A stretch of 64,000 nt of DNA from an uncultured Gemmatimonadales bacterium (GTDB lineage Bacteria; Gemmatimonadota; Gemmatimonadetes; Gemmatimonadales; Gemmatimonadaceae). The DNA is taken from assembly GCA_963851265.1 (NCBI GenBank), contig CAWKNZ010000005.1:192001-256000 (forward strand), read 5' to 3'. The translations under genes were made by a program, and so were the position numbers. The notes beneath the pieces were generated by a model. The model was not told the DNA's origin. It saw nothing but the letters and a program-made list of their open reading frames with translations, and did no database searches. Positions 1 to 10,078 of the stretch are shown here, piece after piece (the stretch's first letter is position 1; the number at the start of each line of letters is the position of its first letter).

Positions 1-1811
1 CCGGCGGCACCCTGCTGGGCGTAGAACGACTGCCCGGCCTCGCTGAACACCTTGGTCAGGTTCTCCTGCGCCGACCGGATCGCGCCCACGTCGTCGCCGC
101 GGAGCGCGGTACGGGCCTGCTCGACCGCCGCGTCCACGCGGGACTTGGTGTCGGCTGGAACCTTGTCTCCCCACTCCTTGACGTTCTTCTCGACCTCGTA
201 GGTGAGCGAGTCGAGCCGGTTGCGCGTGTCGATCTCCTCGCGGCGCGTCTTGTCCGCCTGGGCGTTCGCCTCGGCGTCCTTGACCATCTTGGAGATCTCC
301 GCGTCCGACAGCCCGCTCGAGGCCTCGATGCGGATCTTCTGCTCCTTCCCGGTCTGCTTGTCCTTCGCCGTCACGTGCAGGATGCCGTTCGCGTCGATGT
401 CGAAGGTGACCTCGACCTGCGGCATGCCGCGCGGTGCGGGCGGGATGCCCGTGAGCTGGAACTTGCCGATCGTCTTGTTGTAGGTCGCCAGCTCGCGCTC
501 GCCCTGGAGGACGTGGATCTCGACCTGCGTCTGGTTGTCGTCGGCCGTCGAGAAGGTCTCGGTCTTCTTGGTCGGGATCGTCGTGTTGCGCGGGATGAGC
601 GCGGTCATCACGCCGCCGAGCGTCTCGATGCCGAGCGAGAGCGGGGTCACGTCGAGCAGCAGCACGTCCTTCTGCTCACCCGTGAGCACCGCGCCCTGGA
701 TCGCGGCGCCGATGGCGACGACCTCGTCCGGGTTCACGCCGCGGTTGGGATCCTTGCCGAAGAACTTCTTGACGATCTCCTGGATTTTCGGGATGCGCGT
801 CGAGCCGCCGACGAGGATCACCTCGTCGATCTTGTCCGGCGTGAGCCCCGCGTCCTCGAGCGCCTTCTGCATCGGCGGCATCGTGCGCTGCACGAGGTCG
901 TCGACGAGCTGCTCGAACTTGGCGCGGCTGAGCTGGTAGTTGAGGTGCTTGGGGCCCGACGCGTCGGCCGTGATGAACGGCAGGTTGATGTCGGTCGACT
1001 GCGTGCTCGACAGCTCCATCTTCGCCTTCTCGCCGGCCTCCTTCAGGCGCTGGAGCGCCATCGGGTCCTTCGAGAGGTCGATGCCCTGGTCGCGCTTGAA
1101 CTCCTGGACGAGCCAGTCGATGACGCGCTGGTCGAAGTCGTCGCCGCCGAGGTGCGTGTCGCCGTTGGTCGACTTGACCTCGAAGACGCCCTCGCTCAGC
1201 TCGAGCACCGAGATGTCGTACGTGCCGCCGCCGAGGTCGAACACGGCGATGGTCTCTTCCTTCTTCTTGTCGAGGCCGTAGGCGAGCGCGGCCGCCGTGG
1301 GTTCGTTGACGATGCGGAGCACGTCGAGCCCGGCGATCTTACCGGCGTCCTTGGTGGCCTGGCGCTGCGAGTCGTTGAAGTAGGCCGGCACCGTGACGAC
1401 CGCCTTGGACACCGAGTGCCCGAGGTAGTCCTCCGCCGTCTGCTTCATCTTCTGCAGGATCATCGCCGAGATCTCGGGCGGCGTGTAGCGCTTGCCCTGG
1501 ATCTCGACCGCGGCGAGATCGTTGGTGCCGGGGACGATCTTGTACGGGACGCGCTTCGCCTCTTCCTGCACTTCGCCCACCTTGCGCCCCATGAAGCGCT
1601 TGATGGAGAAGATCGTGTTGGTCGGGTTGGTGACGGCCTGGCGCTTGGCGATCTGCCCGACCAGGCGCTCGCCGTCCTTCGTGAAGGCGACGACCGACGG
1701 CGTGGTGCGGCCGCCTTCCGCGTTCGGGATGACGACCGGGTCGCCCCCCTCGAGGACCGCGACGACCGAGTTGGTCGTGCCGAGGTCGATGCCGATGACC
1801 TTGTCTGCCAT
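1..1811 (-). CDS. dnaK: Molecular chaperone DnaK (Hsp70), 3' end runs off window
   Basis: Minus-strand ATG at 1811 reads [17 protein letters not shown]...[12 protein letters not shown]...[18 protein letters not shown]...[10 protein letters not shown]; classic Hsp70 signatures. Missing from the ORF track because there is no stop in the window. Confidence 0.98.
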   Translation of the reverse strand, partial: MADKVIGIDLGTTNSVVAVLEGGDPVVIPNAEGGRTTPSVVAFTKDGERLVGQIAKRQAVTNPTNTIFSIKRFMGRKVGEVQEEAKRVPYKIVPGTNDLAAVEIQGKRYTPPEISAMILQKMKQTAEDYLGHSVSKAVVTVPAYFNDSQRQATKDAGKIAGLDVLRIVNEPTAAALAYGLDKKKEETIAVFDLGGGTYDISVLELSEGVFEVKSTNGDTHLGGDDFDQRVIDWLVQEFKRDQGIDLSKDPMALQRLKEAGEKAKMELSSTQSTDINLPFITADASGPKHLNYQLSRAKFEQLVDDLVQRTMPPMQKALEDAGLTPDKIDEVILVGGSTRIPKIQEIVKKFFGKDPNRGVNPDEVVAIGAAIQGAVLTGEQKDVLLLDVTPLSLGIETLGGVMTALIPRNTTIPTKKTETFSTADDNQTQVEIHVLQGERELATYNKTIGKFQLTGIPPAPRGMPQVEVTFDIDANGILHVTAKDKQTGKEQKIRIEASSGLSDAEISKMVKDAEANAQADKTRREEIDTRNRLDSLTYEVEKNVKEWGDKVPADTKSRVDAAVEQARTALRGDDVGAIRSAQENLTKVFSEAGQSFYAQQGAA

Positions 1812-1998
1812 GAGTTCGGTGGATGGGTGGAAGGTGGTGGTGCTCACGTGCTGCGTGCTGGCCTGCTGTATGGCAAGCAGGGGACCGGGGATCGCTGCCG
1901 CCGCGGCAGATTCGATCGGCCCGTCGGGCGGGGCGGGCTGACACGCTGACACGCCCGGCCCCGTTCTGGCAGGGAGCGCCCATTCTCCCACCCGACCC

Positions 1999-2784
1999 AT
2001 GTTCCCGATCAGCGACGACAACCCGACCCTGCGCACGCCCGTCGTCACCTACGCCCTGCTCATCACCCTGCTCGTCGTCTTCGTGTTCGTGCAGGGCGGG
2101 GGCGGCTTCGTGGGGCCCGACGGCGCGTACAAACTCGTCGCGAGCGTCTGCAACTGGGGGATGGTGCCCGGCGAGCTGACCCACCGCGCCCCGTTCGGGC
2201 TGCGCGTGCCGATGGCGCCGGGGGTCGATTGCGTGGTCGATAACGATGCCCGCAACGTGCTCACGCCGCTCACCTCGATGTTCCTGCACGGCGGCTGGAT
2301 GCACCTGCTCGGCAATTCGCTCTACCTCTGGGTGTTCGGCAACAACGTCGAGGACTCGATGGGGCGCCGTCGCTTCCTCGCTTTCTACCTGATTTGCGGG
2401 CTCACCGCGGCGGCCACGCACGTGCTCGTCGAGGGAGCGAGCCCGGTACCCACGGTCGGGGCATCGGGCGCGATCTCGGGAATTCTGGGCGGCTACCTCG
2501 TGCTCTACCCGCGCGTGCGCGTGCGGACGTTCTTCCCGCCCTTCTTCCTGTTTCACGTCCCCGCGTGGGCGTACCTGATTTTCTGGTTCGCGGGGCAGGC
2601 GCTCACCGGGGTCGCGTCGCTCAACGCGATGCGCCCCGACGCGTCGTCGGGCGTGGCCGTCTGGGCCCACATCGGCGGCTTCGTCGCGGGGTTCGTCCTC
2701 GTGCGGCTGTTCGAGGACCGCGGGCGCGTTGCGCGGCGCGTCTCGGCCGGCGACGCGCGGGCAGTCTGGGACCCGACCGCGTGA
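1999..2784 (+). CDS. Rhomboid family intramembrane serine protease
   Basis: MFPISDDNP start, [19 protein letters not shown] catalytic Ser motif, [10 protein letters not shown] catalytic His. Confidence 0.93.
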   Translation: MFPISDDNPTLRTPVVTYALLITLLVVFVFVQGGGGFVGPDGAYKLVASVCNWGMVPGELTHRAPFGLRVPMAPGVDCVVDNDARNVLTPLTSMFLHGGWMHLLGNSLYLWVFGNNVEDSMGRRRFLAFYLICGLTAAATHVLVEGASPVPTVGASGAISGILGGYLVLYPRVRVRTFFPPFFLFHVPAWAYLIFWFAGQALTGVASLNAMRPDASSGVAVWAHIGGFVAGFVLVRLFEDRGRVARRVSAGDARAVWDPTA

Positions 2785-2809
2785 CCCGATCCCATCGTAA
2801 CCCCCGCCC

Positions 2810-3050
2810 ACGCGCCTGATTCCGAACGACGAGCAGTTCTACGGCATGTTCGGCGAGCTCGCCCGCCGCATCACGGAGAGCCGCCTGCCCGCGCTCGCGA
2901 AGGCCGGCGCGACGGGCATCACGTTCGGCCGCAAGTGAATCGACACGCTGTCGGCCATTGGGCGTGGGTGCTGACAATTCCGGCGGCGGGGCTCGTGGCC
3001 GCGCGCTGTTTCCTGGCGTTGCGCGCGATCGCGCCGGCCGCCAACGGGTG
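2810..3050 (+). pseudogene. Deleted relic of a DUF47 (Pit accessory) + Pit inorganic phosphate transporter operon
   Basis: From ACG at 2810: (T)RLIPNDEQFYGMFGELARRITES (DUF47-like N-terminus), then ALAKAGATGITFGRK*IDTLSAI (Pit-like internal segment with stop), then in another frame from 2959 WAWVLTIPAAGLVAA (Pit C-terminal motif). Family matches are recalled, not searched. Confidence 0.65.
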
Positions 3051-3119
3051 GGCGCGGCAGTTTGTAACGGCGTGCCCGGCCGCGGCCCGCGTCCCGCGGC
3101 GGCCGCATATGATTGACGC

Positions 3120-5306
3120 ATGACCGCTCCGCCGCGGCTCCCCCCCACTGCGCTCTTCATCAACCGCGAGCTCAGTTGGCTCGAGTTCAACGCCCGCGTC
3201 CTGCACGAGGCCGAGGACGACCGCGTGCCGCTGCTCGAGCGGGTGAAGTTTCTCTCGATCTTCAGCACCAACCTGGACGAGTTTTACATGGTCCGGGTGG
3301 CGGGCATCCGCCGCAAGGTCGCGATGGGCGCGCAGCAGTACCCGCCCGACGGACTGGCCCCGCCGGAGCAGCTCGCGGCGATCCGCGCGCGCGTCAAGTC
3401 GCTGGTCGCGGCGCGCGAACGGTGTCTGAACGAGGCGCTGCTCCCCGCGCTCGCCGAGCACGGCGTCGAGCTCGTGCGGATGGCGGATCTCACGCCGTCG
3501 GAGTGGATGCACGTCGACGAGTTCTTCGAGTCGCAGGCGTTCCCGGTACTCACGCCGCTGGCGCTCGACCCGGGGCACCGCTTTCCGTACATCTCCAACC
3601 TGTCGCTCTCGCTCGCCGTCGAGCTGCGCGACCCGGACACCGGGGCCGAACGGTTCGCGCGGGTGAAGGTGCCGCGTTCGCTGCCGCGCTGGGTGCCTAC
3701 GGGCGACGCGGCGCATCCGTACCGGTTCGTGCCCCTGGAAGAAGTGATCGGCGCCAACCTCACGGCGCTCTTCCCGGGTATGGAGGTGCTCCGCTGGTTC
3801 GCGTTCCGCATCACGCGCTACAGCGACCTCGATCTCGGCCAGATCGACCAGGTCGAGGACCTGCTCGACATCGTGGAGCGCCAGGTGGCGCGGCGCCGGT
3901 TCGGCGAGGTGGTGCGCGTCGAGGTGCAGGCCGGAATGCCGGCCGCGCTGCGTACGCTGATCCTCGAAGAGTTGAACGACGTCGAAACGCAGAACGTGAG
4001 CGCGCTCACCGACGCGGACGTCGACGAGAGCGGGCGGCTGCTGGAGTTGGGCGACCTGATGACGCTCCTGGCGCTCGACCTGCCCGACCTCAAGGACGCG
4101 CCGTTCCAGCCGCTCGTGCCGGGAGCGTTGCGCGAGATCGGCCGTCGCGCGCCGCCGGTCGCGCCCGGGATCGCGGCCGGCCCGCCGCGGACCTTCTTCG
4201 ACGTGATCCGCGAACGCGACCTGCTCGTCCACCACCCGTTCCACTCGTTCGACGCGACCGTCGAGCGATTCCTGGAAGACGCGGCGGTCGACCCCAACGT
4301 GCTCGCCATCAAGTGCACGCTGTACCGCACGTCGGGCGACACCGCGATCGTGGAGGCGCTCACCGACGCTGCGGAGGCGGGCAAGCAGGTCGCGGTGCTC
4401 GTCGAGCTGCAGGCGCGCTTCGACGAGACGAACAACATCAACTGGGCGCGCACCCTCGAGCGTGACGGCGTGCACGTCGCGTACGGCACCCCGGGGCTCA
4501 AGACGCACTGCAAGACGGCGTTGGTCATCCGCCGCGATCCCGACGGCGCGATCCGCCGCTACGTGCACATCGGGACGGGCAACTACAACACCAAGACCGC
4601 GCGCCTGTACACCGACCTCGGCCTGTTCACGGCGAGCCCGTCGATCGGGGCCGACGTCTCGGACCTGTTCAACACGCTCACCGGGTACTCGCGGCAGCGC
4701 CTCTACCGCAAGCTGCTCGTCGCGCCGGCCAACCTGCGCGCGCGCGTGGTGGCGCTCATCGAGCGCGAGGCGGCGCACGCGCGCGCCGGGCAGCCGGGGC
4801 GCATCATCGCGAAGATGAACGCCCTCGTCGACCCCGAGACGATCGACGCCCTCTACCGCGCGTCGCAGGCCGGGGTCGAGATCGACCTCATCGTGCGCGG
4901 CACGTGCTGCATCCGCCCGGGTGTGCCGGGGGTGAGCGACCGCATCCGCGTGCTGTCGATCATCGGGCGCTTTCTCGAGCACTCGCGCATCTGGTTCTTC
5001 CAGAACGACGGGCGGCACGAGTACTACCTCGGCTCGGCGGACTGGATGCCGCGCAACTTCGACCGGCGCGTGGAGGTCATCACGCCCGTGGAGGATCCGG
5101 CGCTGCACGCGCCGCTCCGCGCGCTCCTCGAGACCAGCCTCGCCGACAACCGGCAGGCGTGGGAGCTGAGGCCGGACGGGTCGTACGTGCAGCGGCGGCC
5201 GGCGGAGGGCGAGGCGGAGCGGGGCACGCACGCGATCCTGCTGCGCGACCCCTGGGGGCAGGCCCGGGAAGCGACGGAGGCGGGGGGCGGCGCGGGCGAG
5301 CGATGA
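3120..5306 (+). CDS. ppk1: Polyphosphate kinase 1
   Basis: FINRELSWLEFNARVL, NLDEFYMVRVAG, HHPFHSF, TLYRT, ARFDE, IGRFLEHSR, SADWMPRNFDRRVE. Confidence 0.97.
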   Translation: MTAPPRLPPTALFINRELSWLEFNARVLHEAEDDRVPLLERVKFLSIFSTNLDEFYMVRVAGIRRKVAMGAQQYPPDGLAPPEQLAAIRARVKSLVAARERCLNEALLPALAEHGVELVRMADLTPSEWMHVDEFFESQAFPVLTPLALDPGHRFPYISNLSLSLAVELRDPDTGAERFARVKVPRSLPRWVPTGDAAHPYRFVPLEEVIGANLTALFPGMEVLRWFAFRITRYSDLDLGQIDQVEDLLDIVERQVARRRFGEVVRVEVQAGMPAALRTLILEELNDVETQNVSALTDADVDESGRLLELGDLMTLLALDLPDLKDAPFQPLVPGALREIGRRAPPVAPGIAAGPPRTFFDVIRERDLLVHHPFHSFDATVERFLEDAAVDPNVLAIKCTLYRTSGDTAIVEALTDAAEAGKQVAVLVELQARFDETNNINWARTLERDGVHVAYGTPGLKTHCKTALVIRRDPDGAIRRYVHIGTGNYNTKTARLYTDLGLFTASPSIGADVSDLFNTLTGYSRQRLYRKLLVAPANLRARVVALIEREAAHARAGQPGRIIAKMNALVDPETIDALYRASQAGVEIDLIVRGTCCIRPGVPGVSDRIRVLSIIGRFLEHSRIWFFQNDGRHEYYLGSADWMPRNFDRRVEVITPVEDPALHAPLRALLETSLADNRQAWELRPDGSYVQRRPAEGEAERGTHAILLRDPWGQAREATEAGGGAGER

Positions 5307-5429
5307 AACCGGGGGACGTGACGCAGCCGACGTGAGGTCGCGCACGTGACGCGGCGCACGCTCGGGAGGGGGCGTTAACGCACCCAGATGGGGCGCGGGG
5401 TGACGAAGAGCCCGCCGGGCGGGTCCGGC

Positions 5430-5448
5430 TATCACGGCATATCACGGC
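5430..5448 (+). promoter_or_regulatory. Tandem direct repeat TATCACGGC x2 upstream of susC; candidate OmpR/PhoB-type binding site
   Basis: TATCACGGC at 5430-5438 and 5440-5448 (10-bp period), about 95 bp before the susC ATG at 5542. Confidence 0.3.
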
Positions 5449-5541
5449 GCTGAAATACTTCGGCGCCGGATGGCCCTCCCGTCGACGCCGTGAGTGGCCG
5501 GCGTTCGGCGGTGTCCCCCTCTGCTTTTCGGAGCCTCCTCG

Positions 5542-8500
5542 ATGGGACGTACTCTACGCGGTGCCCGACGGGCAACCGCGGCGTTGGCACTCGCGCCGGG
5601 CGCCGTAGCCGGCGGCCTGCTCGCCACGCTCGTTGCCACCCCCCCTGCCGCTCTTGGGCAGCAGCCTGCGGCGGCGGGCGTCATCGTCGGTCGCGTGACC
5701 GAGCGCGGCACCAACGCGCCGCTCAGCAACGTGCAGGTCTACGTCGTCGGCTCGAACCAGAGTGCCCTCACGGGCGACAACGGCGCGTTCCGCATCACCG
5801 GCGTCCTCACCGGGACGGTCGAGGTTCGTGCGCGGCGGCTCGGGTTACGCGCTCACGGCGCTCCCGGCGACGATCCGGGCGGGCGGCACCGTCACCCTCA
5901 ACTTCGCTCTCGACCGCGCGCAGGCGCAGACGCTGTCGCAGGTCATCGTGACCGCGACCGGGGCCGAGCAGGCCGCCCGCGAGACGGGCAACCAGGTCGC
6001 TCGCATCACCCCCGACCAGCAGCCGCTTCCCGCGATCACCACGGGCTCGCAGCTGCTGGAAGGCAAGGCCGCGGGCGTGGTCATCACGCAGAGCGGCGGC
6101 GCGTCGGGGTCGGGCGCGCGCATCCGGATCCGCGGCGGCAACTCGTTGTCGGGCTCGAACGAGCCGTTGCTGATCATCGACGGCGTGCGCGTGAACAGCG
6201 ACCCGAGTTCCACGGCGATCGGCGTCGGCGGCCAGAGTCCGTCGCGCATCAACGACCTGAAGCCCGAGGACATCGAGAACATCGAGATCCTCAAGGGGCC
6301 GGCGGCGACCGGCCTGTACGGCACGCAGGCGGCGAACGGCGTGATTCAGGTGACGACGAAGCGCGGCGTGCGCGGGCGCACCCAGTACACCGCGTTCGCC
6401 GAGGGGGGCGCGCTCGACAACCCGTACACGTTCCCGCTCAACACGCGGGCGTACGGGAAGCGCGCGAACGGGACCACCACGCGTAACTGTCAGCTCCAGT
6501 CGCTCGCATCGGGCGTGTGCGTCCAGCAGGACTCGCTGCAGGCGTTCCAGCCGCTCGACGACTCGCGCACGACCCCGTTCCGCGTGGGCGACCGCCAGCG
6601 CTACGGGGCCAGCGCGTCCGGCGGCGGCGAACGCGCGACGTACTACCTGTCGGGCGACTATGAGAACGAGAAGGGCGTTTACCAGAACAGCGGCATCCGC
6701 CGCGTCAACCTGCGGTCGAACGCCACTGCGCAGCTCCGGTCGAACCTCGACATCACGGCCAACCTCGGGTACCTGAACCTCAACAACCCGCGGCCGCAGA
6801 ACGACAACAACGACCAGGGATTCATCGGCGGCGGTCTGCTCGGCTCCACGGCGTACGACTCGCTCCGCCAGGGCTACCTGCGCGCCGGCCCGTCGATCCT
6901 GAACGGGATCACGACCATTCAGACGGGCGACCGGCTCACCGGCGGCAGCACGCTCAACTACCGGCCGCTCACGTGGCTCCGGTTCGTCGGCCAGACCGGC
7001 CTCGACATCTTCAACCGGAACGACGAGTATCTCGTCCCGTACGCGCTGCTGACGCTGTTCGACTCCGACCGCGCGCAGGGAGAACGCGACCGGGACCTGT
7101 ACCGGATCGCGGCCTACACCGCCAACGCGAGCGGCATTGCGACGCGCACGTTCGGCGACGTCACCTCGACGACCACGCTCGGCCTGCAGTACCAGCGGGA
7201 TCGTACGGACGGCACGCGCGCAATCGGCTACAACATTCTTCCGGGGACGGGAACGCTCTCGACGACCAACTCGCGCTTTTCGGTCGCCGAAGAACAAATC
7301 GAGACGCGTCTCTTCGGCGCGCTCGCGTCCGAGCAGATCGGGTTCCGCGACCGGCTGTTCGTCACCGCGTCGCTGCGCGGCGATAACAACAGTGCGTTCG
7401 GTCAGAACGTCGGCTTCGTCACGTACCCGTCGGCGAACGCGTCGTGGGTGGTCAGCGACGAGTCGTTCTTCCCGAAGATCGCGGCCGTAAACTCGTTCCG
7501 CCTCCGTGCGGCGATCGGGAAGTCCGGGCAGCGCCCGGAGCAGCTGGCTGCGCTTCGCTACTTCAACCCGGTCGCCGTCACGGCCAACGCCACCGACGTG
7601 CCGGGGTTCACGATCGGCAACCTCGGCAACACGAACCTGCGCCCCGAGATCACGACCGAGGGCGAGGTCGGCTTCGACGCGGGTCTCTTCGACCGCCGGG
7701 TCGACCTGCAGGTGACCTACTTCGGCCGCCGCACGCGCGATCAGCTCGTCGCCGTCCCGATCGCGCCGTCCGTCGGCACGGGCCCGGACGCGCCGACCCG
7801 CACGCAGAACATCGGCACGGTGACCAACAAGGGGCTCGAGGTCGGGCTCACCACGACGTTCGTGCGCCAGCGCAACGTGGGCTTCGACGTCACGTGGAAT
7901 TTCGCGACGCTCGCGAACCACGTGTACGCGCTCCGCGACACGACGCCGATCATCTTCGGCTTCAACTCGGTCCAGCAGCACCGCACCGGGTTCCCCGCCG
8001 GGTCGTACTTCCAGGTGCCGTACACCTTCAACGACGCGAACCACGACGGCATCATCACCGCCAACGAGGTACAGCTCGCGTCCGACGGCAACGTCCAGTT
8101 CCTCGGCAACCCGCTGCCCAAGCGCACGCTGTCGGTGCAGCCGGCGCTGACGCTCGGGCCGAACAACCTCATCCGCCTGCAGGCGCTCGTCGACTACCGC
8201 GGCGGCTGGTACCAGTTCAACGGGACCGAAGTCTACCGCTGCCTGTTCGGGATCTGCCCGGAGCTGAGCGCCAAGGGCTCGTCGCTCTCCGACCAGGCGC
8301 GCGCGATCGCGTCCAACAACTACGGCGACTACGCCGGGTACGTCGAGAAGGCGGACTTCGTGAAGCTCCGCGAACTGTCCGCGACCATCGCGCTCCCGCG
8401 GCCGCTGCTCTTCGGCAAGGCGAGCAACGGCACGCTCACGTTCGCCGGCCGCAACCTGCTCACCTCGAGCAAGTACAGCGGGCTCGACCCCGAGGCCAAC

Positions 8501-8590
8501 GGCGCGGCGCAGGCCAACTGGTCGCAGTTCGACTTCCTGTCGCAGCCGCCGGTCCGACTGTTCTCGGTCCGCCTCTCCTACAACTACTGA
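5542..8590 (+). pseudogene. SusC/RagA family TonB-dependent outer membrane transporter with a 1-bp frameshift near 5842-5846 (real lesion or sequencing error)
   Basis: Signal peptide and carboxypeptidase-regulatory-like N-domain in one frame (..VEVRARRLG), continuing in another frame (GYALTALP..VIVTATG..IENIEILKGPAATGLYGTQAANGVIQVTTKRG..VRLSYNY). Removing one base from CTCGGGTTAC restores RRLGY. Confidence 0.88.
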
Positions 8591-8635
8591 GGCGGCGGGA
8601 TGCACACGCCTTCACCACTCCAACACCGCGCTTTC

Positions 8636-9985
8636 ATGACTCACGTACGCCGGATGGCCCGGGGGACGACCGCGGCGGCCGTGGCTCTGGCTGCCGTCGG
8701 CCTCCTCGGAGCCTGTAGCACCGACAAACTCCTCACGGTCAGCAATCCCGGAATCGCCGAGCCGGCAACCCTCACCGGGAACTCCGGGCTGGCGGCATAC
8801 TACGCGGCCGCGATCGGTGACTTCATCGCCGGCTATGCGGGCGACCCCAGCTTCCCGTACGAGGGGATGATCAACTGGGGCGGCCTGCTCGCCGACGAGG
8901 TCGCGAGCGTGGACACCTACACGGGGCGCAACCAGACGGACGCCCGTAGCACCCTGCCAGCGGACGGGAGCAACGCAGACATCTTCCGCGCGATCCAGCG
9001 CTCTCGCTCGACGGCCGAACTGGCCGAAGCGCAGTTTGCGCAGAGCGCGCCCACCGACGCGCGTCGGTCCGAGGTGACGAGTTTGGCCGGGTTCAGCTAC
9101 CTCGCCATGGCCGAATCGTACTGTTCGGGCATTCCGTTCAGCTCGCTCTCCTCTGACGGGACGACCCTGACGTACGGTCAGCCGAACACGACCGACCAGG
9201 TCTTGCAGATCGCCGTCGCGAAGTTCGACACGGCGCTGGCGATCGCCAGTGCCGCCAAGGTCGACTCGCTCGCTGACCTCGCGCGCGTGGGGCGTGCGCG
9301 CGCCCTGCTCGACCTCAACCGCGTCGCGGACGCGGCCACGCAGGCGGCCGCGGTGTCGCCGACGTTCACGTACTACCTGTTCACGTCGGCGAACACGCAG
9401 CGCCAGTACAACGGCGTGTACTATCTCGACAACATCAACCAGCGGTTCAGCGCGATCGACAAGGAGGGCGGGAACGGGCTGCCGTACCTGAGCGCGAACG
9501 ACCCGCGCGTCCTGTCTCAGGACACCGGCGGTCCGGGGTTCGACGGCGAGCGCGAACTGATCAACCAGCTCAAGTACCCGACGCGTACGTCACCCATCCC
9601 GCTCGCCACCGGCGCCGAGGCGCTTCTGATCCAGGCCGAGGGGGCGCTCGCGACGGGGTCGACCAGCCAGTTCCTCGCCTTCCTCACGCGATCGCGCGCT
9701 GCGGTCGGAGACGCGGCACCCGTCACCGACCCGGGCACGCTGACTGGGCGGCAGGACCTGCTCTTCCAGGAGCGCGGGTTCACCCTCTGGCTCACCGGCC
9801 ACCGTCTGGGCGACATGCGGCGACTCATCCGGTTCTACAACCGCGGTGCGGAGACCGTGTTCCCCACGGGCCCCTACTCGGGCCAGGGGATCGACAACTA
9901 CGGGACCGACGTCAACCTGCCGATCCCGATTCAGGAGCAGAACAACCCGAACTACACCGGCACCTGCGACAAGACCCGGCCGTGA
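8636..9985 (+). CDS. SusD/RagB family lipoprotein
   Basis: Lipobox LLGAC, directly downstream of susC, C-terminal ERGFTLWLTGHRLGDMRR and LPIPIQEQNNPN; start could be 8600 or 8654. Confidence 0.9.
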   Translation: MTHVRRMARGTTAAAVALAAVGLLGACSTDKLLTVSNPGIAEPATLTGNSGLAAYYAAAIGDFIAGYAGDPSFPYEGMINWGGLLADEVASVDTYTGRNQTDARSTLPADGSNADIFRAIQRSRSTAELAEAQFAQSAPTDARRSEVTSLAGFSYLAMAESYCSGIPFSSLSSDGTTLTYGQPNTTDQVLQIAVAKFDTALAIASAAKVDSLADLARVGRARALLDLNRVADAATQAAAVSPTFTYYLFTSANTQRQYNGVYYLDNINQRFSAIDKEGGNGLPYLSANDPRVLSQDTGGPGFDGERELINQLKYPTRTSPIPLATGAEALLIQAEGALATGSTSQFLAFLTRSRAAVGDAAPVTDPGTLTGRQDLLFQERGFTLWLTGHRLGDMRRLIRFYNRGAETVFPTGPYSGQGIDNYGTDVNLPIPIQEQNNPNYTGTCDKTRP

Positions 9986-10031
9986 CGACGCGTTCGCACG
10001 CCTAACGGCGCGCGAAGCCTAACGGCGGGCG

Positions 10032-10070
10032 GCGACGGCCCCCCTGCGACCTCCGCAGGGGGGCCGTCGC
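10032..10070. terminator. Strong hairpin between convergent susD and ppx
   Basis: GCGACGGCCCCCCTGCG-acctc-CGCAGGGGGGCCGTCGC, 17-bp perfect stem; no clear U-tract. Confidence 0.7.
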
Positions 10071-10078
10071 GCGTCGCG

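Noticed and set aside
375..1949. Long antisense ORFs (e.g. 375-1949, 2919-5435, 5807-8605, 10370-13579, 53004-55628)
   Set aside because: Shadow ORFs opposite well-supported genes; expected in very GC-rich DNA with few stop codons.
2839..3108. Minus-strand 89-aa ORF as a real small protein
   Set aside because: It is the antisense of the DUF47/pit relic, whose plus-strand fragments match known families.
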